Assembly (NCBI RefSeq): GCF_009914755.1
Contig: NC_060926.1
DNA: 64,000 nucleotides
DNA from: the human T2T-CHM13v2.0 reference genome, Homo sapiens
Strand: one strand, 5' to 3'
Each line of letters begins with the position of its first letter. The stretch's first letter is position 1. The notes beneath the pieces were generated by a model. That model was not told where the DNA came from, did not search any database, and saw only the letters and a list, made by a program, of their open reading frames with translations. Made by a program: the position numbers and the translations under genes. This document shows, piece by piece, positions 1-14,310 of the stretch.

Positions 1-3000
1 CGATTCTATTTGATGTTTCCATTCGAGTCCATTTGTTCCTTCCATTCGTGTCCATTGAATGATTCCATTCGATTCTATTTGATGTTTCCATTCGAGTCCA
101 TTTGTTCCTTCCATTCGTGTCCATTCGATGATTCCATTTGATTCCATTTGATGATGATCACATTCGATTCCATTTGATGATGATTCCATTCGTGTCCATT
201 TGATGATTCCATTTGATTCCATTCGATGATGATTCCATTCGATTCCATTCGATGGTTCCATTGTATTCCATTCGATGAGGATTCCCTTCAAATCCATTTG
301 ATGATTCTATTCAAGTCCATTCAGTGATTGCTTTTGATTCCATTCGATGATGATTCCCTTTGATTCCATTCGTTGATGATTCCATTCTATGTCATTCTAT
401 GATTCCATTCGATTCCATTTGAAGTTGTTTGCATTCGATTCCATTCGATTATTCTATTCGATTATTTTCTAAGATGGTTCCATTCGATTCCATTCAGTGA
501 TTTCAGTTGATTACTTTTGATGGTGATTCCTTTTGATTCCATTCAATGATTCCATTTGGTTCCAATCGATGATGATTCCATTCGAGTCCATTCGATTATA
601 CCTTTTGATTAAATTCAATGATTATTCCATTCGAGTGCATTCAATGGTGGTTCCATTCGATTCCATTCGATGATTCCATTCAATTCCATTCGATGATGAT
701 TGCATTCGATTCCATTTGATGATTCCCATCGATTCCATTCAAATTTGATTCCATTCGAGTCCATTCAATAATTCCATTCGATTCCATTCTCCGATGATTC
801 CATTCGAGTCCATTCGATGATTCTATTCAATTCCAGTTGATGATGATTCCATTCGATTCCATTCGGTGATTTCATTGGATTCCATTTGATGATGATTCCA
901 TTCGAGCCCATTCGATGATGATTCCATTCGAGTCCTTTCAATGATGATTACATTCGAGTCCATTCGATGATGATTCCATTCAAGTCCATTCGATGATTAT
1001 TCCATGTGATTCCATTCGATGATTACTCCTTTCGTTTCCATTTGATGATGATTCCATTCGGTTCCATTAGATAATGATTCCATTCAAGTCCATTCGATGA
1101 TTCCATTCGATTCCATTCAATGATGATTTCATTCGGGTCCATTCGATGATTCCTTTTGATTCCACTCGATGTTGATTCCATTTGAGTCCATTCGATGATT
1201 CTCTTCGAGTGCAATCCATGAGTCCTTTCGATTCCATTCGATGTTGATTCCATTCGAGTCCATTTGATTTAATTCGATGATGATTCGATTCAATTCCGTT
1301 CGATGATTCCATTCGATTCCATTTGATGATGATTCCATTCGAGTCAATTTGATGATTCCATTCGAGTCCATTTGTTGATTCTATTTGGTGCCATTTGATG
1401 ATGATTCCTTTCAATTCCATTCATTGATGATTCCATTCGATTCCATTCGATGATGATTCCATTCAGATGCATTCGATGATGATTCCATTCAATTCCATTC
1501 GATGATGATTCCATTCGATTTTAGTCAATGTTTCTATTCAATTCCTTTCTATGATTATTCAATTCTTTTCCATTTGATGATTCCATGTGATTCCATTTGA
1601 TGATGATTCCATTCGATTCCTTTCAATGATGATTCCATTCGTTTGCATTTGATGATGATTCCATTTGGGTCCATTCAAAGATTCCATTCGATTCCATTCG
1701 ATGATGATTCCATTCGAGTTCTTTTGATGATTCCATTCGACTCCATTCGATGATGATTCCATTCATTGCTATTCGATGATTCCATTCGATTCCATTTGCT
1801 GATGATTCCTTTCAACTCCATTCAATGATTCCATTCGATTCCATTCCATGATGATTCCCTTCATCTCCATTCAATGATTCTATTCAATTCCATTCGATGA
1901 GGATTCCATTCGAGTCCATTTGATGATTCTATTTGATTCCATTCAATGATTATTCCTCTCGAGTCCATTCAATGATTCCATTCGAGTACATTCAATTATT
2001 CCATTTGATTCTATTCGATGATGATTCCATTCAATGTCATTCGATGATTCCATTCAATTCCATTCAATGGTGATTCCATTCGTGTCCATTTGATGATTCC
2101 ATTCGATTCCATTCAATGATGATTCCATTTGAATCCATTCGATGATTCCTCTCGATTCCATTCGATGACTCCATTCAATCCCTTTCAATATTTCCCTTTG
2201 ATTGCCTTTGATGATCATTCCATTTGATTCAGTTTGGTGATTCCATTCGATGATGATTCCATTTGATTCCATTCAATGATGATTCCATTCAGTTCCATTT
2301 GATGATGATCCCATTTGATTCCATTTGATGATGATTCTATTCGAGTCCATTTGATGATTCCATTCGATTCCATTTGATGACAATTCCACTCAAGCCCATT
2401 TGATTATTCCATTCGAGTCCATTTGATGATTCCATTAGATTCCATTCGATGATGATTCCATTCGTTGCCATTCAATGATTCCTTTTGATTCCATTCAATG
2501 ATGATTCCATTCGTGTTCATTTGATGATTCCATTGGATTCCATTTAATGATGACTCCCTTCAAGTCCATTCCATGATTCCATTCATTTCCATTCGCTGAT
2601 GATTCCATCCGAATCCATTTGATGATTCCATTCGATTCCCTTCGATGATTCCGTTTGATCCCTTTCGATGATTCCCTTTGATTCCATTCGATGATCTTTC
2701 CATTCGATTCAATTCGGTGATTCCATTTGATTCCATTCGATGATGATTCCATTCGATTCCATTCAATGATGATTCCATTCGATTCCATTCGATCATGAGT
2801 CCATTTGATTCCATTTGATGATTACTCCGTTCAGTTCCATTTAATGAGGATTCCATTCAGTTCCATTTGATGATGAATCCTTTAGATTCCATTCGATGAT
2901 TCCATTTGATTACATTTGTTGATGATTCCATTCGATTCCTTTCAATGATGATTCCATTCGATTCCATTTGATAATGATTCCATTCGATTCCATTTGATGA

Positions 3001-3290
3001 TGATTCCACTCGAGTCCATTCGATGATTCCATTCGATTCCATTCAGTGATTATTCCATTCAATTCCATTCGATGATGATTCCATTCGATTCCATTCAATG
3101 ATGATTTCATTTGATTCCATTCGATGATGATTCCATTCGAGTCCATTCGATGATGTTTCCATTCAAGTCCATTCGATGATGATGCCTTTCGATTCCATTC
3201 GATGATGACTCCATTATATTCCATTTGATGATGATTCCATTTGATTCCATTCGATGATAATTCCATTCTACTCCATTCGATGATGATTCC
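1..3290 (+). repeat. Human satellite 2 (HSat2/HSATII), diverged CATTC-derived pericentromeric satellite
   Basis: Continuous degenerate units such as ATTCCATTCGATGATGATTCCATTCGATTCC and CATTCGAGTCCATTCGATG (23/26-bp type units rich in CATTCGATTC and GATGAT), C/T-rich on the + strand; runs off the left edge of the window. Confidence 0.93.
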
Positions 3291-3631
3291 ATTGCATTCC
3301 ATTCCGTTCCGTTCCGTTCCATTCCATTCCATTCCATTCCATTCCATTCCATTCCATTCCACTACATTCCATTACATCCGATTCCATTCCACTCCATTCC
3401 ACTCCTCTCCTCTCCACTCCACTCCACTCCATTGCATTCCATTCCATTCTATTCCTCTGCTTTCCATTCCATTCCTTTCTTTCAAGAGTGTCTCACTCTG
3501 TCACCCATCCTGTAGCACAATGGCACAATCTCATCTCCCATTCCATTCCATTCCTCTCCATTCAATTCCATTTGATTCCATTCCATTCCATTCCATTCCA
3601 TTCCATTCTATTCCATTCCATTCCATTCCAC
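3291..3631 (+). repeat. (CATTC)n simple tract, HSat3-like, at the satellite edge
   Basis: Near-pure ATTCC pentamers lacking the GATGAT/CGA motifs of HSat2; ends abruptly at ...ccattccactc|gaaaaagaaaaagagttgc. Confidence 0.85.
3476..3537 (-). mobile_element. Alu 3'-end fragment embedded in the CATTC tract
   Basis: ttcaagagtgtctcactctgtcacccatcctgtagcacaatggcacaatctcatctc matches the antisense Alu right-arm end (gagacagagtctcactctgtcacccaggctggagtgcaatggcacaatctcagctc). Confidence 0.75.
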
Positions 3632-3699
3632 TCGAAAAAGAAAAAGAGTTGCAAAGTCTTACTCACTTTTCTGCTCTTGTCAGACAGTTAAGGGTTCTT

Positions 3700-4720
3700 T
3701 GAATACTTTAGCCCTAATAATTTTCTTTTTATCATACATATTGCAGTGCTTATCTAATTTTAAATATATTTTTGTTTCAACACCCAGTTTCTTATTTGTT
3801 CTGTCTGTATGTTTACAATATATTTTACTTTGTGTTCATTCTTTGATTTCAGAACTTCAACCTTTCTGAAGCATATTTTCAGAGTTTCTCTTTAGTTTCT
3901 TTAGTGGAATTCTGCTGGTGGCGTTTTGTTTTTTGTCTCTAAATATGTTATTTAGCCATAGGTTGATGAATATTTTTCTTCGTTTAGAAATTCAGAATGG
4001 CATTATTATTCTTAACAGATAATATTGTTTATTTTACCTTTCATTTTTTCAGATTTCAATATGATTAAAAGTAATTTCATTTTTCTGGTGCTAATTGAAA
4101 TATTTTTCCCTTCCTCGTTGTTTACTATTTCTCTAGGAGATACATAGGTGTGGGTTTATCTCCATTGTAGCTTGCTTAGCATGCATGGAATTTTTGAATA
4201 TGCAGATTAGTGTCTTACAAAAGTCTAGGGAACTTTCAGCCAAAATACCATCACATATTGTCCCTTCCCAGTTCCCTTCTTCTATGAGAACACTCTCTAA
4301 ACACATGCTACACTTTCTCACTGTATCTTCCATGTCTCTCCATCATTCTGTCCACATTTTACATTTTTTAAAATTTTCTGTAATGCATTCTGAAATATTT
4401 ATGAACTGTTACCTTGGCCATGTCTAATCTGATGAGTTCATTTTTGAGTTTTTAATTTAAAATAACTATATTTTTATACAAACTACTTTTCAAATTTGCT
4501 ACATGAATTTTTTAGTCTCCTAACAATATATTCATTTTTTAAAAAATTTTTTGAAAGCAAATGTGCTTTATAATCTAACAGTGATATTTCTACTAATGAA
4601 CCTTTGTGGATCTGTTTGTACTCTTTTTCTGCTTTCCTTTCAAATGGTGGAATATCATTTCCTTGCATGCTTAGATGCCTTTGAATGACAAATATTTACT
4701 TTTCTCTGAAAATTATTTTT
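3700..4720 (-). mobile_element. Ancient L1M fragment (ORF1 region), antisense
   Basis: T-rich degenerate sequence with antisense L1 ORF1-like phrases (gtggaattctgctggtggc; gaatatttttct...agaaattc; aagtctagggaactttcagcc). Confidence 0.55.
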
Positions 4721-6102
4721 GTGCACTTTTGTGGATTAGTAAGTAGAAAATTTGCTAAAGAGAATTTGAATTTTTTGTGATTCTACTAAAGGCACCACCA
4801 TTCTGGGACCACATTATGTTAATTCTTGGCCTAAAGGTGTTCGAACATATGTTTGGACTGCACATTTAAACAATTTTTAAATTAGTTGCTGTAAATCATT
4901 AACGATTGAGTTTCTTTAAATCCGTCCAATCTCAAGTCATTTTTATTTGCCATTTCCAGGGAATGTGAAATGGGACTAATTTACCTCTGATTCTTCTTTA
5001 TACTGAGGATATAAATTTTGGTCCTAGCTTTAGGGAGGAGCTCCTGTGTGATGCCCTATCTTGGGAAAAACTATGTATTTCTTTACTGTCCTATGTGATG
5101 TATGACAGTAGGAATCTGCAGTCATTCATTTTGCTACATGTCCATAGGGCAAAATCAGTTTCGGTGTTTAGTTATATTTTGTCTGCTCCCTGCATTCCCA
5201 TGGTTTTGACCTTATATATTACTTTTATTTGTGAACATACCAGTGCTTAAAATATTTCCCAGTAATATATTCAACTGTATTATGAGAAAGAGAAAAATTT
5301 TGATAAAACACAAATTTCATGTTTTCCTTCTCTAATTGGCTTTTACTTAAAAATACAGGTAAAATTTATCTCTGCTTTTTTGCTATTTCTGTTTTGCTAT
5401 TCTCTGTTTGTCTATGTCTTCTCCACATAGACACAATTAGGGAATTTTGTACACTCTTGTGCCAACTGCTTTGATAGTAACAAAATGTATTTCTCAAACT
5501 CCTAGGTATAAAACTCAAGTATCCACAATTTAAATTCTTTTCCCCTCACTTCTATTATGTTTCCAGTCTCAATAGAAATCGATGCCAATCCAGAAATACA
5601 AGCATTATTCTAATACTTCTCACACATTACAGGTATAGATTAAATTTTCTAGATCTCCTTAAATACTATCATTTTTCACTACTTGTATCTTAACTGTTAA
5701 GTTCAACATTTTCTATAATATTAATATGTTGTGAAAATTTCCTTACTTTCTTATTTGTCCCAAGTTCAAGGTTTTGCAGTCTCTACCTTACCCTGTGAAG
5801 CAAAAACACGGTACTATGCTGTACAAATATTACATAGTTCATGTGCTTAGAGATTTCACAATTTTTATTTGGTTGACAATAGCTAATGCTTTCTTCTTCA
5901 TTTTCTATTTCCTGATTTTTCTTTATTTAGTATATGCTACATTATCATAAAAATAAGAACGTTTTACAAACTAAAGCAAAAGAAACCCTAGGAAAAAAAA
6001 TGCACAGATAAAATATATAAACATTCAATTAGATATACCATGTACCCTTCTAATTTATTTAGACATTTAATTGTAGTACAATTTTAATTAAAGTCACAGA
6101 CT

Positions 6103-6210
6103 TTATATATATATATAATATATATGTATATATAATATATATACATATATAATATATATATAATATATATACATATATATTATATATATAATATATATAT
6201 ATATATATAA
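6103..6210. repeat. (TA)n / TA-rich low-complexity tract
   Basis: About 100 bp of tatatata/tataata repeats. Confidence 0.9.
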
Positions 6211-6899
6211 TGACAGCCTCAATGTCATTATAAACTATCTTGGCAGAGGTTGATGTCCAAGGAATAATTTCTCTCCCAAATTATGTCAATCAGAATTTCA
6301 CTCTACCAAAATTCTTCTAATCAGTTTCAGAGGAATCATAAATTTCAAAATTGTTCAAGGTAGTTGTTGTAGTTCAAGTACATTTTGACAGGTGTAAAAC
6401 TGTAGACAGACTGATACAAACATATTCTAACTGACACAAAAGTATATGAGACCTATTTTAAAATCTAGACTTTAAAATGTCGTGTCAACGTACACATGTT
6501 CTCCTTGTGAAATAATTGCTTTTTATTCTCTGGATAGAATAATTTAATCTTTAAACCTTCAATTCACTGTTAAAAACAAAATATTACATAAGGATATGCT
6601 TATAAAAATAATTCGCAACTAGCTTTTCAATGCAGAAATATATGTGAAAAATCATCAAGCATCTAATGGATTTCAAGGAGAAATGGGTTAGTAATTTATT
6701 CCATATGACTCAATTTTTCCTAGATTCAAGTCTTCCTTTAAAACAATTGTAGGCGTTTAAGAAACCATGTAAAGTAAAAAGAAGAAATTGTGACACTGCC
6801 GCTTAGGTTTTTTAAGTCTTTGGACATGAATCAATATACTTTTAAATTTTATCTTAATTAGACATTGTGAGTTCACCATCTTCCTGTCAGTATAGCATC

Positions 6900-7363
6900 C
6901 AAGCTGATTATCATAGATTACAAGTTACACTATCAAGTGTGTTCTGAGACTCCAAAAAAATAAATGAATGTGTTTGTTTGGGTATTCTTAAAGCAGGAGT
7001 GAGGACACAGTGAAAGTGAGACAAGGAAGAGAGAACAAAATAAAACAGGAAAGATAGAAAAGCCAGTGCCACACGTGTTAAGAGGCAAGTTCCTGTGTTA
7101 GATATCTGGGCTTAATTCTATGGGAAGCTATGTGGAACATGCCTCAGAATTACATCACTGAATCCAGGGAGATTCTTCTTCGTTACCCTCACCTTTTCTT
7201 CCCACTTCATGCCCAGTATCAAGCTCCCGTGCTGCTAGAGAAAGTCCTCAGCTAGAAACAGCTGCAAATTCTGGAAAGGAGACCTTGTAGAGTGTTAAGA
7301 ATGGTTTTCTTCCCAGCAGCTATAGGTAAGGAATAGGGGCTGAGCTATTAATACATCTGCTAC
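6900..7363 (-). mobile_element. ERVL LTR, LTR33-like
   Basis: Antisense LTR33 hallmarks: aagtgagacaaggaag...; ctgggcttaattc...ggaacatgcctcagaatta; terminal catctgctaca. Confidence 0.55.
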
Positions 7364-10131
7364 AAATCAATATACCCCTTATGCTCCTTTTGGTGATCGA
7401 CAATGTATTTAAAAATATTAGATGATCAAGAAGGGCTGCAGAAAGGAGGAAACAGAAACAAACAGCACACCTCTTGGTTTATTTTTGTTCATTTCATCAA
7501 TTTCAAGGAAAATGTGTTGGGAGTTCCTGGCATAGAGAATGTCACAAAGATATGTTTTCAATAGTGGTGCTGTCACTAGGGCAGAGAAGATCCAGAGAAA
7601 GCCCAAGTGGCTGCTGGAACAAAGTCAGACACCGTGCCACCTGTCCGCATTCCTTGGCTCTGCCATCATGCTGAAGATTGGTTTAAAGGGCTGGCTTCCC
7701 TCCCTGCAAAATTAAAAGAGCACAAACTGAGAAACTGAATGTGGGAGACAGCAGTGGATTATGCTGTTCTCAGGGGTCACCTCAGCTTTGGAAGCATTCT
7801 TTCAAATTAAACCATCTCAGGCCATCTGCAGAGAAGAAAGGTGGTACCTAATTTTTTTTCTTGTCAGCACTTGGTAGGGGTGTTTTATTGACCAAATATT
7901 TTCCCACAACCTAGTTTTTTGTAACTAACTAAATATAGTAGATTTTTAAATTTTATCATCAAAATCTGTAGACAATTTTTTATTAAAATAGGCTCCACAT
8001 CTATGTCCTGCTTTTCTTCTTATTAATTACATTGCTGTATAAAAGAACAAGACTCCAGAATCAAGAATATCTTGTCTCTAGGCATTGAATTTATACAAGG
8101 TGCTCTTTCTTTAATGCTGTCTCAAAGGACATATTTTTACTCATTAAAAAGGAAGATCGGAATCTAGTTGTATGCACTACTCCAACATATTAATAATTAA
8201 AATTAGGAGGTAAATGTGGTCAAAGCTATAGAAAGACTTGAGATGTCATTTATGTTGAGTACTGTATAGCACTCTACAAACAGAAATTGTGAAATAATAG
8301 TTTATATAAATATTTTGTAGCATTTCAAATATTTGAGTGCCTGAAGTTTCTCCTCTTATATAGTTCAGATTATCAATTTGAAGACTTACTCCGCTGGTTA
8401 AAAAGTTTTTAGTCTCGTTTGAGTATTATATAAAAGCAATTTTCAGTTAAATGTGTTCCACTTACATAAAACATTACAAATTAGTGAGTATTTAATTACA
8501 TTTTCGTGTTCCTGTAATGCCTTTAGAAGATTTTCATATTATTACCTATCAATATATGTATGCTTTGTCTAAGAAAAATCAATCATATACATCATTGAAA
8601 TTGAAACTTTTTAAAAATGCTTATTAATTCTATTGAAAAACCACATCCATAGGAGCAATTACAATATAATATTGTGAACATGTAAATATATATCCTATGT
8701 CTATTTTATATATAAGCATATGTGATTAAAAATATAGTTAAGAATTTTTAAACGTAGTATTATAAAGTAAAAATTAGTTAAACTTCTGATGATTATTTGT
8801 TAATTAAGATAAAATTATTTTGACTTGGGTGATTTTAAATGAACAAAAATATTAAACTACATGACAAAAATTCTTTATAAAATGTTTACGATTTTTACAT
8901 TGGTTTTATCACTTTATTCCACTATTTTATTTTAAGATGACCTGCCTTGTTTAAAACACTGTATTCATCTTAATTAAATTAAATTCCATTTGTAAAAAAG
9001 TTAACAAATGATTTGCTGTATTATACAGTGCGGTTATAAACTGAGTCAGTATCTCAAGATTTGATCCCCATTATCGTCATCCGTGGCCTTATTTGTTTGA
9101 TAAATGTAGTGTCTTTTTCCATGCCTGTCACATCTCTATTGCTCATTTATTTTTCTCCTTGTCCCTTATAGGGAGCATTGCCTGTCTCTAGATTAAGCAA
9201 AAGTTGCATCTTAAAAAAGCACAATAAACTGCTCAATCTTTCTCACACAGAGAAATGTTTGTTAAGTAATTAAAGTGTAGATGATGATACAAAGAGCTTG
9301 ATTAAATAAGATGCCAAAGTACCCTTGTGATTCAGAATATGAACGGTATTTTATGCCTTTGAAATCAATAATTGCTGAGTGACATTAATTAATGCCAATA
9401 TTTCGGAAGTTGTTCTGGTTAGTCAAATGTGTACAACATGTAAAAGTTTCCGAACTCTGAAGGGCAACATTATTCTATAATTAAGAATTAAGAATTAATT
9501 CACATTAATTATTGGGGAGAAATAATTTTAATAATTAATGACTGAGAAAACGTTTTTATTTTTTATTTAGAAAATATTTTGTGCATGAGCATTACTGCAA
9601 GTTTTGCAAGAAACATAAATTTATAGAAACAATTATGTGCACAAGATGAATTTAATAACATCTTGATATTTTCCACTATTACAGTTGTATTTAGTAAATC
9701 TTTAAATGCCCATCATCTAAAGATCATAAATGAATCTTGGAAATCTTGTAGGTAAGGGTAAATATAAGGATGCATCCAATTACATTTACACACAGATACA
9801 ATTACACTTACACAAACATACATGCACACACGCTCACTGATACAGGTATGCATATATATGCATGAATTTACTAATTCATTTTAGCTAATATTTATAAGAG
9901 CCTGTAGGATTGATATATATTGTTGAACCTGAAAAATATTTATTATATACATGGTTAAAATACACAAAGAAATAAACGGTAATTGCACTAGGCATTTGAA
10001 ACTGTACTTAAATATAAGCTGTGAATATTTTGTGATCATTACAAATTCTTACACTGAATAAATATTTTTATTTTTATAATAATATGTTTGATACATGTGT
10101 ACATTTTTAAAAATGTATTATTTTTGTCATA

Positions 10132-10472
10132 GAGTCATGTCATGTATAATCACATTTCAGTCAAAGATGGATTACATATACAAAATTGGTCCCATGAGAT
10201 TATAATACATATTTTTACACACTTTTCTATGTTTAAGTATGTTTAGATACATAAACTCTTACCACTGTGTTCTTATTGCCTGCAGTATTCAGTATAGTAA
10301 TGTATACACAGGTTTGTAGCCTAAGAGAGAGAGGTTATACCATATAACCTAAACGTGGTAGGCTGTACAAACTAGGTGTTTGTAATATTCTCTGTGATGT
10401 TTGCAAAATGATGAAACTGCCTATGGATGCATCTGATAGAACATATCCCTGTCATTGAGTGATGCGTGACTG
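10132..10472 (+). mobile_element. Tigger3a (MER7A) non-autonomous DNA transposon
   Basis: Collinear with the recalled consensus: gagtcatg...tggtcccatgagattataatac...cttttctatgttt...caggtttgtagcctaag...gatgcgtgactg; terminal inverted repeats; preceded by TA. Confidence 0.85.
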
Positions 10473-11059
10473 TGCTAAAATTGCTAAATCTAAGTTTCAA
10501 TGACCTCCATAAAATTGTTGTACTGTGAAATACAAATCTCTCACCTACAGCCTGAATATGTTTGCAAACTAAGCAGATCACGGGAAAGAGAATGTGCTGG
10601 CATCACTGGGATGATTTTCTCACACTACATGAATAATGTCTCCAGACTTTGCGAATATGAGCCACTTGCATAGAGTTAAAGTAAGCATCTCTTTGCTGGG
10701 AAATTTATCAAATGGGAGTGTGAAGTGTTTTTAAAAGATACTGGTTTGTTTGTAGACGGTAGGCCTACAGGGGCTCATGGCAATGGTTGAGGTTGCTAAG
10801 ATTTGGTGGAAGGAGGCAAAATGAAATGGCCACTTATATGGTAGATGGATCACTTGTTTCTGTTGAGTTACAGATTCAGCTGGCTATTTCTCCCAATGTT
10901 AGTTATTTGGAGAAAAAAACATGATGGTAATTTTGGGATAATAAATACAATATTTGATGAAAGCAAATTTATTGAGGGTTAGACAAACTACAAGATAATT
11001 AGGCTGCAAAGTCAACATGAGACTTCTGGCCCAAATTGTGCAGAGTTTGGGTCCAGCTG

Positions 11060-11378
11060 CAAAGTTCAAAGGAAGAGTCCATATAAGATGATTCGCACTT
11101 TTGTCACCAACTGCCAGTTCAGGGGTTTCCCCAGAACACCTTCAGTTTCAAGAATTTACTAAAAAGACTCACAGAACTCATTGAATGCCATTGTACTCAT
11201 GGTTTATAATAGAGAAAGGGTAGAAATTAGGACCAATCAAAGGAAGAGACATATCACATAAGTTGGAATCTAGGAGGATTTTGAATGTTAAGTTTCCATT
11301 GTCTTCAGGACATATTACCTGTCATTGTTGTACAGCAATAAACATGGAGTACTACCAACCTGGGGAGCTCACCTGATG
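11060..11378. mobile_element. MER21-family LTR fragment
   Basis: Diagnostic stretches aatttactaaaaagactcacagaactcattgaa and caggacatattacc...catggagtactaccaacctggggagctcacctga. Confidence 0.7.
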
Positions 11379-11379
11379 C

Positions 11380-13955
11380 TAAAAAGACACTATTTCGAAA
11401 ATGAAAAGACAAATGAAAGGATGAGATAAGATAACCTTCCACATTAAGGCACTGGAAAGAATAGCAAACTAAACCTAAAGCAAGCAGAAGGAAGAAAATA
11501 AAAATTAGAGAAATTAATAATGTATAATATTAATCATATTTGTTAGTATTGACTAATTGATATTAATTCTTGACTGACTTTTTTTTAAAAGAGAAATATT
11601 CACTTCCCAATTTATTCTGTGGGGCCAGTGTTACCTTGATACAAAAATTAGTCCAAATAGCATAGAAAAATAAAACTACTATAAGTATAAATGCAAAATT
11701 CCTTAAAAACTACTAACAAATCAGATCTAGCAACATATAAAAGAATTATACACTATGACAAAGTGAAATTTATACTAGTAATCTCAGGTTGGTTTAACAC
11801 CCCAAAATCCATTAAGGTAATACATCTTATCCATAGAATAAGAAACAAGAATTGCATGATCATGTCGATAGATTCAGAAAAGACATTTAACAAAATCCAA
11901 ATGCTTTAATGATTAAAAATAAAAATAAAAACTCAATGAACCAGGAATAGAGAACTTTCTACACCAGATACATGGCACCTGTGAAAAGCCAAGAGCAAAT
12001 ATTCAACTTAGTGGTGAAAGAAAGGATACTTTCCCGCTATGGTCAGAGATAAGAATAAGATACATATTTTGACCTCTTCTAGTCAACGCTGTACTGAAGA
12101 TTTTATGCAGGGCAAATGGGCAAGTAAAGAAATAAGAGTCACCCATACTGAACAGGAAGAAAAAACTTTATTTGCAAATAACATTCTTGTATATAGAAAA
12201 TTTTAAGGAATCCACTGAATGACAGAACTAGTAAATTATTTCAGCAATATTACTGCATACAAGATAAATATACAAAAATCAATTGCACACATCTACAATG
12301 AAAACCCCAAAATGAAATTAAGAAAACACTTCAATTTCAATAGCATCAAAAAAAGAAATAATAATTAATTTGGAAAATGTGATACAAGATTTTACTCTGA
12401 AAATTAAAAATTATTGTTTAAAGAAGATCTAAATAATTAGCAAACATCTTACACCCATGAATTGGAAGATTTAATATTGTAGTACTTTACAAGTTGAACT
12501 ACAGATATGACGTAATCCCTGCAAGTATCCCAATAGACTTCTGTCTAGAAACTGACAAGCTAATTCTAAAATACACATGGGATTGTAAGGGACTCAAAAT
12601 AGCTAAAATAGTCTTGAAAAAAGAAAACATATTAGGATAATTCACACCCCCATGCTCCAAACCTTACGGGAAAGCATCAGTAATCAAGACAACACAATAC
12701 TGATGAAGGAAAAATATATAGATTGATGGAAGAGAATTGAGAGTCCATATATAAAACTATGTATCTATAGTCAATGGATTCTTACAGTGATGCCATGTGC
12801 AATTCAATGAGGAAGAGACAGTCTTTGAAGAAACTGGGTCAACATCGTACACTTGGATCGCCACTTGCAAAATAATAAATTGGAACACTTACCCCAAAGC
12901 ATACAAAAATATTAACTCAAATGAATTAAAGACATACATGCAACAGCTAGAATAAAGCATATGGGAAAATCTTCAGGATTTTGGATCTAGCAAAGAAATA
13001 GCTGTAACACCAAAAACATGAGCAACAAAATAAAAATTAGATATTTAAAATTTCTTAAAAATTAAAGACATTTGTGTTTCAAAGGACAACCAAGCAAGTC
13101 AAAAGGCAGCTCAAAAATTGTGAGAAAATATTTGAAAAACACATATCTATATGTCTGCATATATATGTATCTTGAATATAGAAAAATTGTTTTAACTCAG
13201 TAACAAAAATCCCAACTCAAAACTGATAAATGATAGGAATAGATGTGTATCCCAAGAAGATATACGAACGGTCAATAATCCCATAAAAAGATACTCAACA
13301 GCATCACTCATCAAGCAACTACAAATCAAAACCACAGTTAGATACTCTATGGCTTGAACTGGCCACTTTGGAAAATAGGTTGATGGCTTCTAAATATATT
13401 AAACATAGAATTGTCATATGACCCAGAAATTTATTCCCAGGTATACACCCAGAGTATTGGAAAGAGGTGTTCAAACACAAATTGTACACGAGTATTTTTA
13501 GCAACAGTATTTAAAATAGCCAAAGGCTGAACACAACTCAAATGTCAATAAAAATATTATTGGATAAACAAAATGTTATATCCATGAAATTGAATGTTAT
13601 ACAGTTATAAAAAGAAATAAAGTACCAATACGCATATGAACCTTGATAGCATTATGCCAACTGAAAGAAGCCAGGCACAAAAGGCCACCTATTGTATGAT
13701 TCTATTTAGATGAAAATAGAATAGGAAAATCTACAGAGACAGAAAACAGATTTGTGGTTGCTTAGGATTGAGTAGGGGATGAGTGCATAAGAGGTTAACA
13801 GCTAGAGAAGGTGGGGTTTCTTTTTGAAGTGATGAAAATGCTCTAAAATTCATTGTGATGATGGCTCCACTTATCTGTGCATATACTAAAAGCCATTGAC
13901 TTGTAGACATTAATGTGTGCACTGTACAGTATGTAAATTATATCTCAATAAATCC
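11380..13955 (+). mobile_element. Old L1 (L1MB-like) ORF2 remnant and 3' end
   Basis: ORF 11691-11909 (YKRIIHYDKVKFIL...GWFN...MIMSIDSEKTFNKIQ) is L1 reverse transcriptase-like; L1MB-type 3'UTR gtttctttttgaagtgatgaaaatgctctaaaatt...tatctcaataaa. Confidence 0.85.
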
Positions 13956-13989
13956 TTTCAAAAATACACAGAAGACTAAGGGGTTTTGG

Positions 13990-14310
13990 AATGTTTCAGC
14001 TGGGAGGCAGTTTGAAATACTGAATAGGTCTCATCGAGAATGTGAGGTTTCAGTAAAGACTTGAGGAAGTTGAATGAGCTGATCAATGGATATATGGAGG
14101 GCTATCTTTCAAAGCCAAGAAATTAACTAGAGTCTTGGTCATAAGACAGCAGCATGTTGGCATGTCCAGAGGACAGTGAGGTGGACAGGACCACTGGTAA
14201 GAACAAGGGTGAAGACATAAAAGAATTTTGGCGGTTAACATGCGGCAGATCATGATGGGCTTGCAGACCATTGTACGAATTGTGTCTTTTAGTGTAAATG
14301 AAATGGGGAG
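13990..14310 (-). mobile_element. L2 LINE fragment
   Basis: Antisense L2 phrases ggtctcatcgagaatgtgaggtttcagtaaagacttgagga and cagatcatgatgggcttgcagaccattgta...aatgaaatggggag. Confidence 0.65.

Noticed and set aside
1023-3702. Many ORFs with MESSNGIEWN / FHSIP repeats
   Set aside because: These are translations of HSat2/(CATTC)n satellite; the periodic peptides have no gene context.
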